The notes: a model not told the origin generated them from the sequence alone. DNA of 64,000 bases from an uncultured Nitrososphaeraceae archaeon (GCA_963825865.1 CAWGVG010000015.1:151569-215568); one strand, 5' to 3'. Shown: positions 11,291 through 22,106, counted from the first letter of the stretch. Numbers and translations: made by a program.

Positions 11291-11445
11291 AATTGATTTA
11301 GGTAAAGTGATTCCTAGTTTTACAGTCTTATCCATTGTAGCAGCAACAATAGTGTTACTCGTCATACTAGTAAAATGTACTACACACATAGCTAAAAGGT
11401 TTTAGATATTAGATTGTATTAAATTATTATAGTATTATATTGTGT
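11270..11445 (-). pseudogene. RHH promoter copy 2 plus N-terminal (beta-strand) half of the RHH protein
   Basis: ATG at 11365 gives MTSNTIVAATMDKTVKLGITLPKSIIQ; the upstream ~80 bp matches 9701..9780. Confidence 0.7.
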
Positions 11446-11940
11446 AATTAGCTTATTGTATCTATAATTACATTTGTATGAAATGGATTCTTGACAGATG
11501 TCCTTCATGTATAAAGTCCTTTTAACTCTGATATTCAGAAAATCACAAAAAAATGGGATTCCATTTATTAAACCAAAAGGTACAATTTCCGATTTGAATT
11601 GTATGTTTAAATAAAATAATATTTTCTCAAATTATATTCTTTGAACTCTATTATATAGTAATAAGAGATTACCATATTAGACTAATAATAGTTAAGGGAA
11701 TAACCTTACCTCGTTTGATATTCTTTTTTTTGTTTCTGCGTAAAATAAAATTTTACTCTACAATAGCCTTTTTATTGCATTTGATCTAAAACTTTTCAAC
11801 TTATTATTATCTAACTGAACGGTTCATTCCGTCTATAAATCAGCTATAAGGAATATTTACTATAGATTGGTAAATAAATTAGTACACCACATTTGATATA
11901 CTCAATAGTTATACGCAATAAGTTAGCAATAAATCATATT

Positions 11941-12100
11941 AAATAAATCAGCATTAACTTACTCAAGTCAAATATACAGATGATATTGTAATGCTTATGA
12001 AGGAATCTAAATGAACAACACAACTGACAACGGCGACGATGGTCATGGTGGTCGTCCTACGGGCTAGAATAGCAGCGGATGTTACTACGTGATAAGGTAG
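11941..12100 (+). pseudogene. MNNT cassette copy D: internally deleted minigene MNNTTDNGDDGHGGRPTG* (12011..12067)
   Basis: Same upstream motif; its start and end match the first and last codons of copy B; downstream AATAGCAGC..GTTACTA..TAAGGTAG is shared with 10820..10856. Confidence 0.75.
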
Positions 12101-12734
12101 ATCCTTTGCTATCACAATTTTTTTTCCTTTATAAAAACTAAGAACACATTATCGTAATATTAGAATGAAAGTCTCTTTCATAATCTCGCTATATCCTGAC
12201 ATTGAAGAGAATTTGTAAAAAGACAAATTAGAGATCTCCCCCCATTTGTTGATTTTAAGGGTTTGTATTCGGGTGTTTAATTTTGGGTGATGATATCCTA
12301 AAGTGTTTTTAATAGATAAAAATAAATAAACAAAACACTGATTGAAAAAATGATTCCAGTAATTGTTCGCAATTTATTAGACTCTATTAAAAATCGTGAA
12401 AACTGTTGCTTGTATCGGTATTGACAATATAAATAACATCCCAATAATAAGGATCCTGTTAATTGCCAAAATAGATATCGATTGGTCAACTATTTGTTTC
12501 CCATTTGAGGATGCCAATGCTGCAAAAATTGCTATTGCTAATGTATGATATATCTATGTACATCTAATACAATAATCTACGAATCCGACAAGAAAGGCAA
12601 CTTTCTAAATGATGGCAACCACCATAAAAGTTCTTTAAACTATACTGCTATCTATAGTTGTTTTTGACTTACCTACTTACCAAAATGTTACTTTACAATT
12701 TATATTTTGCAAGATTGATAGTAGTAACGGATAG

Positions 12735-13526
12735 TTGCTGAAGAGTACCTCAGTAGAAGTTAACATGTCTAAAAATGAAAATGTTAATTCTGGGACAGGA
12801 GAAGACACTGATACTGTAAAAGGAATTGAAAAGCAAATGCTCTCTGAGAATACTACTACCCAGGTATTAATTGAAAGGGAAAGAATTGATGATTCTTCGT
12901 TATCTGTTAGAGATTTTCGCATAAATGATAGTAAAATTCTCTCATTGTTAAATCGAGAAATTGGATCGAATTATTATTCCTTCAGAGGCTTAATGCGCAA
13001 ATTGAATATTCATCAGCAAAGCCTTGCAAGGGCCTTGAACCGACTACAAGGTCTAGGGTTGATAGATAGAACTAGTATGGGTTACAAACTGACCAAAAAT
13101 GCAATATTGCTGCTATCTAAAAGTGGTTTCAATTTATCTAAAACAAGGGAAAGAAATGAGTGCATACAATTACTTCAAACCTACATTCCTGTGAATGTAA
13201 AACTTAATGAATTAGTAACCAGTTTAATCGGAAAATGGTTCAATAAGCTCAGATGGGTTGGTATGATTGAGGGGGAGACAGGATACATGTTACAATGGAT
13301 CAATGAGGACGATGGTTATAACAATTCATTTCAGGTCAACTTGAAGATAGTATGTGACTACATAGTAATAGAGACCAATGCAGTTTCAGAAAAGGAAAAA
13401 ATTGAAGCAATGGTTGGTTCATCTAGAATGCTTCAGCATATCATAAGATTGTTCGAGAACAAACTTGGAGTATCAGGTCAATATATGATTAACCTTAACC
13501 AGTATCTACCAAATAAAAACAATTAG
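12735..13526 (+). CDS. Winged-helix transcriptional regulator
   Basis: YSFRGLMRKLNIHQQSLARALNRLQGLGLIDRTSMGYKLT wHTH, followed by a C-terminal domain. Confidence 0.8.
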   Translation: MLKSTSVEVNMSKNENVNSGTGEDTDTVKGIEKQMLSENTTTQVLIERERIDDSSLSVRDFRINDSKILSLLNREIGSNYYSFRGLMRKLNIHQQSLARALNRLQGLGLIDRTSMGYKLTKNAILLLSKSGFNLSKTRERNECIQLLQTYIPVNVKLNELVTSLIGKWFNKLRWVGMIEGETGYMLQWINEDDGYNNSFQVNLKIVCDYIVIETNAVSEKEKIEAMVGSSRMLQHIIRLFENKLGVSGQYMINLNQYLPNKNN

Positions 13527-14159
13527 CAGCCACCGAGTCAGTTGTCACTGTCTGTTGGTATTTTTTATTCTCTGTTATGATGAATTCCCATTATTGTTAT
13601 CTCGTTGACACTTTACAAGTTACATGAGTCAATAGACATTGCCAAAAATACGAATCTGGAATTATGTCCAAGCCTCAAATAAATAGCCAATAAATAAACA
13701 CACGAAATTTTATGAATCAAATGCTAAATGTTTTCAAACTTTTTAAAACCCAAATCAGAACAGAACAGGAATAAAGGCAATTTCGGAAAAGAGGTCATTC
13801 TTACATTATTGTTATTACGAATATTATTAACTTTTCTAACACGCTATGAGCAATTATTACATCAATCTCTTCATCATCTTAGCAATTATCTTGATACACA
13901 AAAATAAAATAATAAATAGGTTATACAAAATATTAGTCGCGAGATTTATAATAATTCATAGGACTGACCAACATATATAAAATGGTCAATAGGGCTAATG
14001 TTTGTCATAATATCATGGGAAACAAAAGAAAAAAGTTAATCCTTTAAATGAGAAAGTCAATGCGCTTTGGACAGGACTTTATAACAGAATTGCATATTTA
14101 TCAGATATATGCCTCCTAAACTTTTAAGGCAAGATATGTATCAACGAGCTTAAGAAAAT

Positions 14160-14591
14160 TTGTCAATTAATAACAATTACAATACTGCTATCAATTATCC
14201 TTTACTGGTTGTTAACGCTGGAATCATAGGTTCAATATTCATTTTCTTTGCTCTTGCATCACAGGTACCTGCTTCAACAATTTTTGCTCTAGATACTCAA
14301 AAATGTTCTTTTGGTTTTAATATATTGGCACAACATACTCAGATTGCAGTAGCTATGGTTGGTGGCATACTGATACTTCCTTTTTCGATATCTTCTGTCT
14401 TAGCTCTGATACATAGTAGTAGAGCTGCTGGTATAGCAACCTCAATTGGTTTTGCTTTAATGTCCGTAGCTGCTGCAATTATATTATTATCACTTTCATG
14501 TAGAATCCCTTCTGATTTCTTTCTCGATATGATAGTAATTCCTACGACAATTACTGTGACAGTAATTGTAGTACCTGCATGTGTACTATGA
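14160..14591 (+). CDS. Hypothetical membrane protein
   Basis: About four hydrophobic segments. Confidence 0.6.
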   Translation: MSINNNYNTAINYPLLVVNAGIIGSIFIFFALASQVPASTIFALDTQKCSFGFNILAQHTQIAVAMVGGILILPFSISSVLALIHSSRAAGIATSIGFALMSVAAAIILLSLSCRIPSDFFLDMIVIPTTITVTVIVVPACVL

Positions 14592-14713
14592 AAAGAGAGG
14601 AGGAGGAGTGGAGAGTAAACATTAAAGAGAAAAGAAGGTCAATAAATCTATAGAAATTATATTCAGGCTTAAGAAATCAAATCCTTATCAAGCAAATTAA
14701 AAGCCAATATTTT

Positions 14714-15622
14714 TTAATTTGTTGTCGCACCGTCGCCGGTGCCAGCAAGATCTGACCTCAGTGTTCTCATAACAATATCCCAAGGAGTTACTATAGAATT
14801 ATCTTGTCCTTCTTCTAAAATCAAACATGGGTTGCGTATATCCACTAAAAGTTCTGCTGCATTACTTATAGTGATATGACAATTAACCTTAGTTGCGGAT
14901 ATCATATCCAAATGATTGATAATATTAATATCCGCTAAACCTGCAATACCGTCTCTACACATAATCTTTCTTCCTCTATGACTTAATAGAAACTCTAGAA
15001 TCTTTCTATCATTTATAATGCGAAGTAGTTTATTATTATTATTCTTGGCATCATTGTCCTCTATACCTATATTTCGTATACCCCCTTCTATCATCAAGTC
15101 CAATGCAGTTCTAATAGTGGTATTTTTATCCACACTTATTAGAGGAGAAGAGAGATCCTTTATTGGTCTATCGATATTTGTTTTTGCTATTAAAGGTAGA
15201 ATATCTCTTATGGAAAGTGATGCTGCTACTACTATTGATCTATCTTTTGCTATTATGGGAACAAAAGCAAACCTTGTTTTCTCAAAGATTTCTAATGCCG
15301 CACTCAAGGGTGAATCCATTTCTATACTTCCTACAAAGCTATCCATTATTTGTGACGCCTTTAGATCTAACCACTCTGGATAGCCTAAATTTAAAATCTT
15401 GGAAATAATCTGTTTGCTGCTAATTCTACCGATAGGTTCTTCTTTACCTCTTCCTTTATCGATTACTAACAATCCATCTACATAGATTTGGGGCCCTATT
15501 GCAAGAAAGGTTGCTGTTTTCAATAAATGTGAATTTGGTCCAACAAATAGAAATGGTCTCCTGAAAATTTGAGGAGCGGCATCTTTTATTAGAATATCTT
15601 CCAGAGACATATTGTGGTTCAC
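14714..15622 (-). CDS. Multi-CBS-domain protein
   Basis: Repeated CBS-like segments (SSPLISVDKNTTIRTALDLM; IVTPWDIV). Confidence 0.85.
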   Translation of the reverse strand: MNHNMSLEDILIKDAAPQIFRRPFLFVGPNSHLLKTATFLAIGPQIYVDGLLVIDKGRGKEEPIGRISSKQIISKILNLGYPEWLDLKASQIMDSFVGSIEMDSPLSAALEIFEKTRFAFVPIIAKDRSIVVAASLSIRDILPLIAKTNIDRPIKDLSSPLISVDKNTTIRTALDLMIEGGIRNIGIEDNDAKNNNNKLLRIINDRKILEFLLSHRGRKIMCRDGIAGLADINIINHLDMISATKVNCHITISNAAELLVDIRNPCLILEEGQDNSIVTPWDIVMRTLRSDLAGTGDGATTN

Positions 15623-15671
15623 ATGAATTCATTCCTTAAATTTGCAAATCAATACTTTATCGTCAAACACT

Positions 15672-16216
15672 TTATGATGTATGCAGAATGTCTCTAAACC
15701 AGTAGTCAGTAAACTTGCCATATATTGATTGCTGGTCTACCAGTATTTGATCACTTAAAAAACTGGATACTAAGGACTGGTTCTTTACTATTGTTCTAGA
15801 TATATCCTTATCTGTGATTATGCCTACCATTTTTCCTTTGTTATCAACTACTGGAAGCCTGCGAATATCTTTTTGTTGCATACTTTCCATGGCATCCCTT
15901 ATCGAGCTATTTGGATTTATTGTAATTAGAGGGCTACTCATTACTTCACGCACTGGTGCATCAATTAAAAGTGGATCAGAATGTCCTATTAGGCGTACAA
16001 TATCTCTTTCCGTAACAATGCCTATTGGTCTTTCGCCTTCAGCGTTACCATAGGAACTATCTTTTAAAATGACTATACTTCCAATTTTATTTTCATACAT
16101 CATTCTACAGACTACTCGAATAGTTTGGTTTTCCGTAGCTAGTTTTACATTGTCAGTCATAAGACTAGATACAGGTACAGATTCAATACTCATGTTGTTA
16201 GTATTACTGCTCATGA
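15672..16216 (-). CDS. CBS-pair protein
   Basis: IGIVTERDIV, VREVMSSPLITI, IRRLPVVD..VGIITDKDI; start chosen at an internal Met. Confidence 0.9.
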
Positions 16217-16594
16217 TCATCGTAATTACAAGGCTAATATTTGTAATGTAAGATTCCACTGCACGGCACTGCAAATGCCGACAGAATATCGTAATTTCAA
16301 CAATATTGGCCCGTTACCAGAGAATGACTACTGCATCTTGTAGATAAAGGGTCAATTTTGCAGGATATAGATGGAATATCGTTCAAAAGCAAATTAACAT
16401 CGATAAGGTTAGGTGTTGGCCTGCAGTTAAGCATTACAAATACCTTTGGGACACTATATTTACTTACGATCCTCTTTTATTATTTTTTATTCATCTCATG
16501 ATAAAATCTATGGAAGAGAGAAGATAAATTGAATTTTTGATCAAAAATGAATGAAAAGAAGCAAGAAGAAGGTTTAACATAGGATCTTTCTTGC

Positions 16595-16680
16595 TAAGTA
16601 ACTCCACCAACATTGATTTTTTTCAGAGCATCGCTTATAGTCTTGACATCGTTTTCAACCATACTTCTATCTCAATTAAG
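16595..16680 (-). pseudogene. Possible P-II (GlnB/K) N-terminal fragment
   Basis: Manual translation VENDVKTISDALKKINVGGVT* resembles the P-II N-terminus. Confidence 0.4.
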
Positions 16681-17142
16681 TAAACTATATTTTCAGCTGT
16701 GAGATTACATAAATTTTTTCTTGGATGACTATCTATATTCACTCTTACTACGGTTGTATTTGTTATTGCAGTGCAAGTCAATAGAGTTCAACGTACACCT
16801 AAACAATAATAGCGAAACAAAGTAACTAAAAAGACTAAGATGGTTAAATCATTTAGAACAGACTTTGTCTTCATAATACTTTTGATTTCTACTATGATAA
16901 TAGTCGCCAGCATTAACATCATCATTTACAACAATAACAACAACTACAAAGGACGTTTATGGACAAACAGGAAGTATGGCTACACTACAAAATATAGGAG
17001 CCTTCTTACATTATGGTTTTGACGGTCTAATATCTCTACTGTTAATCTAAAGAAGAAAAGATATACGTGTAGTCATAATCAACAAAACTACATTGTACCA
17101 ATTAAAGACTATTACGTAGCTCGTTAGCCTACTGGTTTTATG

Positions 17143-17711
17143 TTAATGAATGAACCTAAAGCTTTTATCGCCTGTCTCTTTTAGAAATCTATCAATATCT
17201 ATTACGATATTTGAATAGTTATGTAATCCGCCATCAGGAAACACACTATATGTTCTGTGCTTTGTCGTTGTTGAAAGTGGTTTGGCAGATATCAGCCATA
17301 ATTCTCCTTATTTGGCTGTAAAAATTCTAATTGTTGTATTTTATTTAAGTCCACTTCCTTTTCCTTTATAATTTGAATAATAATTGATTTATCAGGCTTT
17401 CTCCTCAAGCTTTCTAAACCAGGTATAATTACATCAAGAACTAAATCTTTAGTAACTTGGATTTTTCTTTCTGACGGTAAAGTACAAATTGTAAGCATAA
17501 AATGAAGGAGCGCCTCACTTAATATTTCAATTGCTGCATCACAACCTTCATTTGATTCAGAAGATATATTTGTAATAGATTTACCCATTATGATATCGAT
17601 ATATTTTTGCGATGATTCAATACTTGAAGTGATATCTGCTTGAATCTTTTCCTTTCCTATATCTTCTATTACCGAGTACAAGATTCGCTTAATTTCCTCG
17701 CCAGGTAACAT
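17143..17711 (-). CDS. Conserved hypothetical protein (frameshift near 17295)
   Basis: The ORF continues in a shifted frame to ..FLKETGDKSFRFIH*. Confidence 0.6.
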
Positions 17712-17917
17712 TTTGTCTATATAGATTATTAATTGCTATATTATTATTACATAGTGTTTTTGTCTACTATGATGATGAATAATCTGTAAAGTAATGTCTA
17801 TTAATTAGGAAGTAGGCTATACTTATTTATGACAGAAGAAGCAAAATCGAAAGTCTATAAGTTGAAGTTGAAAGTTTCAGAAGTAAAATTCGTTTAACAG
17901 ATGAAAGAGGGCTATTC

Positions 17918-18655
17918 ATGAGCTTTACTAACCTGCCTTTATTGGAGCAAATTCGTGCTAGGATAAATAAAACGCTAATTGATGGTATCCAGATTAATAT
18001 GTCAACCGAAGAATCTAAAAAATTACTGAGAAGGCATGTAAACACCAAAACAAATCTGGTGGTTATGTTTATAGATATTAACAACTCAACAGAAATGAGC
18101 CTCTCTTTACCAGAACATAAATTTGCTTTAATCGTACAAAGTTTTGCTCAAGAAATAAGTATTGCTGTATCAGGTTATGGTGGCTATGTATTCAAGTATG
18201 AAGGCGATGCTGTTATTGTATTATTTCCTGCGGAATATGATCGGATAAAAGCATGTAAAAATGCATTGAATTGTTCAAGAGCAATATTGCAAATTATAAA
18301 AGAAGTTATCAATCCTGCATTTAAGGCAAATGAATTACCTGAAATCACAGTAAGAATAGGATTGGCTTATGGCTATGCTTTAGTAGTACTTTACGGAAAG
18401 AGTTTAGAAAAAGCCCACATAGATATAATAGGTTCTAGTATAAGCATGGCTTCAAAGATTGCATCTCTTGCAAAGCCTAATCAGCTATTGGTAGGCGAAT
18501 ATATTTACAATATCCTGTTGTCATCGGATAGCAAAAAAGATTTTTTAAACAATATCACGTTTGTAGAGGTAGATCTCGATCCAATAAAATGGAAATATCT
18601 CTCTCATTTTGATCCCGAAAGTATGTATCGTGTATACGAATATTTAAAAAGTTAA
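17918..18655 (+). CDS. Class III adenylate/guanylate cyclase
   Basis: VMFIDINNST, FKYEGDAVIVLF, VRIGLAYG, DIIGSSISMASKI, NQLLVGE. Confidence 0.9.
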   Translation: MSFTNLPLLEQIRARINKTLIDGIQINMSTEESKKLLRRHVNTKTNLVVMFIDINNSTEMSLSLPEHKFALIVQSFAQEISIAVSGYGGYVFKYEGDAVIVLFPAEYDRIKACKNALNCSRAILQIIKEVINPAFKANELPEITVRIGLAYGYALVVLYGKSLEKAHIDIIGSSISMASKIASLAKPNQLLVGEYIYNILLSSDSKKDFLNNITFVEVDLDPIKWKYLSHFDPESMYRVYEYLKS

Positions 18656-18832
18656 GAAGATATTATAAAGACATTCTAATAACAATAATGTAAAGACTTA
18701 GGAAAAGAGACATAGAAAGAAAGTTGGCTAATGTAGCCAAGATCTAGTTTACTATACGAAAAAAGTAAAAAAGGATACATGAAAATTTATAACGCTTCTA
18801 AATAGCATATTACAGCAGGAATAATAACGTGG

Positions 18833-19451
18833 GTGAACAATAATAATAATAATAATAATGTTACTTTAAAGGAGAACTCAGGATATCCCAGAAAGACTCG
18901 AAGTATTACCTTTAGACTAGACGCTTCTGTAATAGATGAACTGCAACGCGAAGCAAACCAAAAGGAAATATCACTCAATGTTTTAGTGAATCAGACTCTA
19001 AAAAGGTATGCAGAATGGGATAGATATGAAAGCAGAATTGGTATGATGCCTGTGCCCAAAGTAATGTTATCTTCCTTAATTGACAAATCAATAAAAATAG
19101 CCAAAAATACGGGGATCAAAGATATAGATCCTTACAGGGACGAAATTATAAAATCTGCCGCTGAAATTGCGTTTAGTATAATGAAAGATTCTGTATTATT
19201 TATGAAGAAACAATACAATTTGTGGGTAGTTCTTTCAGGTACTGGAACAATACATGAAGGTATCAGGCATAAACTCTGACCATAGAATAGAGGGTGAAAG
19301 GAAACATGTATTCATAATACAGCATGAGCTTGGTGAAAATTGGTCATTATTTACAAAGGAACTGTTGACGCTTATCTTTGAAAACCTGGCTAAAGTTAAA
19401 GTTGAAGTCAGTATAACTCCAAACACAACTGTGGCTGAAGTTATACTTTAG
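18833..19451 (+). CDS. RHH-domain protein with C-terminal alpha/beta domain (frameshift near 19245)
   Basis: TRSITFRLDASVIDELQREANQKEISLNVLVNQTLKRY is an RHH; continues as IIQHELGENWSLF. Confidence 0.75.
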
Positions 19452-19523
19452 TATGCTGAATAAAAGAAGATAATAATTAAAGAAGCAAAATGTATTTACC
19501 TGTATGTGTGTATTATATCTATA

Positions 19524-19856
19524 CCATTTAACATAAGTGAACTGACAAATTTCCAGCTAGGTAATTTCTCATATTCAGGTTGAAATGTTTATTTCTGAAA
19601 TATTGTCCTATTTGCCTTCTAAAATCTGTAAATGATGATTAGCATTTCAGCACATACCACCACCTTCAACCTTCAAGACAAGTAACAACCTCCCCTTTAC
19701 ATTCGGATCTGATTCCCTTTTGTACAGATTGGCTAATTTGCTCCTGTTAAACGTCATCTATCGAATAACATGAACAATGCTCCTGCAAACAGCTCTTCCT
19801 GTCTGAAAAATATGACGATTCTGTCAAAAAAATGTCAGCATACTTATGTTAATTGG
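19524..19856 (-). mobile_element. Non-autonomous internally deleted IS630 derivative (MITE-like)
   Basis: TA flanks at 19522-23 and 19857-58; ends CCATTTAACATAAG / CTTATGTTAATTGG; the right ~200 bp is nearly identical to 55010..55212. Confidence 0.9.
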
Positions 19857-19974
19857 TAGACGCTTATCTACAAAGTTCCATTGGTATATATGCATGTGAT
19901 GTTAAATTGTTTATTTGTTAGTGCACTGCATACATACTAGTTATTAATTATAGATATATAGTAATGATTTAACG

Positions 19975-20454
19975 GTGACACATAATAGATCTGATGGACA
20001 TAACATAGATGAAACCTATTCATCTGTACTCATCAATAAGAGCATAGTATATGAATACTTTGAGCTCATTAAAAATAAAGATATCAACGGATTGTTATCT
20101 CTTTTTACAGATGATGCTATAATCTATGAACCCTTCAGCAATATATCCGGAGGATTGCAAGGAAAGTGTACAATTAAACCCTTCCTAGAAATTGCAATGA
20201 TGGCAAATAATGGACTAACACATAATATTTTCATTGAGAAACTTTCTGATGATGATAATAATAATAATACAAGCAAAGAATATGATGATGACAATGATAA
20301 CAAAAATAAGGTTACAGCCTTGGTAACTTTTGAAAGAGGAGACATCGTAAGAGCCAGATTTACATTTGAACTAACTCCTGTATTATCAGAAGCTAATAAT
20401 AATAGCAGTTTAAGAAAGAAGATTCAAATTCTGCATATTAAATTTGTTGGATAA
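19975..20454 (+). CDS. SnoaL/NTF2-like protein
   Basis: YFELIKNKDINGLLSLFTDDAIIYEP..GKCTIKPF. Confidence 0.8.
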   Translation: MTHNRSDGHNIDETYSSVLINKSIVYEYFELIKNKDINGLLSLFTDDAIIYEPFSNISGGLQGKCTIKPFLEIAMMANNGLTHNIFIEKLSDDDNNNNTSKEYDDDNDNKNKVTALVTFERGDIVRARFTFELTPVLSEANNNSSLRKKIQILHIKFVG

Positions 20455-20554
20455 AGAGCAATCACCAGTACCAATGGTTGGCAGGAGCAAATGAAGTATA
20501 TCTATATTTTAGATGATCTGCCAGTAGCAAATAATAATATCCTAGCAAAAAGAA

Positions 20555-20637
20555 AGAAAGAGAAAGAAAGTTGCTTCTCTATTAGCACAATCTACTATGG
20601 CTGAATCAGAAATAGCTAAGGAATTGAATGTTGACTC
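20555..20637 (+). pseudogene. HTH protein N-terminal fragment
   Basis: Manual translation RKKVASLLAQSTMAESEIAKELNVD; resembles the HTH at 49040..49757. Confidence 0.45.
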
Positions 20638-20747
20638 TAATCCAAATTTATAGGTAGAGTGTAATGCTTATTCTCTTTTATTTATCTTGAATGAAAGGAA
20701 CCAAGTATCAAACATACAATAAGTAACCTTAAAGGATTGATTATCAT

Positions 20748-20945
20748 ATGTTAGTTGATGACTATGCTTACCAAGGATTTAACGTAATGTCTAATTCTGA
20801 TATTTGTCTTTGTGGTCATATACGACGGATTCATTTCAATCCAATACTAGGTGGTAAGAGAAGGCCATGTTCCCATATAAAATGTCCATGCGTTGATTTT
20901 AAACCTGCTAACTCTGAACTACAAGAACATGATATTAGCGAGTAG
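20748..20945 (+). CDS. Small Cys/His metal-binding protein
   Basis: CLCGHIRRIH..PCSHIKCPCVDF. Confidence 0.6.
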   Translation: MLVDDYAYQGFNVMSNSDICLCGHIRRIHFNPILGGKRRPCSHIKCPCVDFKPANSELQEHDISE

Positions 20946-21152
20946 TAGTAGCAATACATTACATTTTTTTCATCTACTTCCACTTCATCATGAGAATATA
21001 TATTATGAAAGACTTCAGGCCTGACATGGAATATTCAGATAGTAACTACCAATCCATTACTAACTTCTCAATATAGATAATGGCGTTAAGCGGATAGATC
21101 TAAGTTCAAATTCATTTTTATATGGTCTTTAGCGTATTTAGAAAATATTAAG

Positions 21153-21609
21153 TTGTCTACAGAAGATTCAAAATTTTCAAAAATAATGGTAGCAATTGAT
21201 GGCTCAGAGCATTCATTTAAAGCAGACCGAATATGCTTTAGAAATGGCAAAATCCTTTAGGTCACAGCTTTATGCAGTTACTGTTACTTATGTTCCTGAA
21301 TCATACCATCTTAAACAAGAAGATGTATTAAACCAATCAAGAGAAATGCGTGATAGCATGGAAGACGCCAAAACATGGCTTGAAAAGTTCAATCAGGAAT
21401 CAAAGGAAGATAATATCCAACTAAAAACAGAATTGATTAACAGCCACAGACCAGTAGATTACATAATATTAGAATACGCAGAGAAGAACAATATCGATTT
21501 GATTGTGGTAGGGACAAGAGGAAGGTCAGGATTTAAGAAATTATTACTTGGAAGTATTGCATCTTCTGTAGTAACTTATGCACATTGTCCTGTAATGGTA
21601 GTAAAATAA
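21153..21609 (+). CDS. Universal stress protein (frameshift near 21225)
   Basis: FSKIMVAIDGSEHS upstream; IDLIVVGTRGRSGFKKLLLGSIASSVVTYAHCPVMVVK. Confidence 0.92.
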
Positions 21610-21627
21610 ACTTGGGCGGTAAGCGTC

Positions 21628-22030
21628 TTATATGACTTGAAGATATGCTTCAATTCTGCAGCCATTTATCTCCATTACTGTTTCTTTATTTGCAAAGGTT
21701 AACCCTATCTTTTGCTCAAATAATGACTTCATCCTTTTTATTAGCTTGATGGTAATGTCTATGTTAGGTTCTGTAACTATGCACATCTGGCTGATTCTGT
21801 AATCGTTCTTGTTCCTCAAACAAAGCCATGCAATAAACCTGGGAAAAAATTCGATAATTACTAATCCTGTTGCCTTCTTTATCCACAGGTGCTTGTCTTT
21901 GAAATCATGATTCAATGGATTGCAGAAGTCTGGTGAAAGCAGAGCCGCATACAATAATTCCTGGTAATCGAAAATTGGTTTTTTTAATCCATCTTTTGTT
22001 GGCAAACCAATTATATAATTAAAGCCTATT
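21628..22030 (-). pseudogene. Terminase-large-subunit-like/SF2-like ATPase N-terminal fragment
   Basis: PIFDYQ (adenine-binding Q motif), HLWIKKATGL (degenerate Walker A resembling terminase KxRQxG), MCIVTEPN. Confidence 0.6.
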
Positions 22031-22106
22031 TCGCACAGACGATCTTAGATGCATAAGCTCCAAAAAGAAGCATGTTTCCTATAAGGAAGACAGTAAGTGA
22101 CAGTCT

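Noticed and set aside
15018-16251. Plus-strand ORFs antisense to CBS genes (and similar shadows at 29553, 31061-32903, 40585, 43538)
   Set aside because: They are antisense shadows of well-supported genes and have no motifs of their own.
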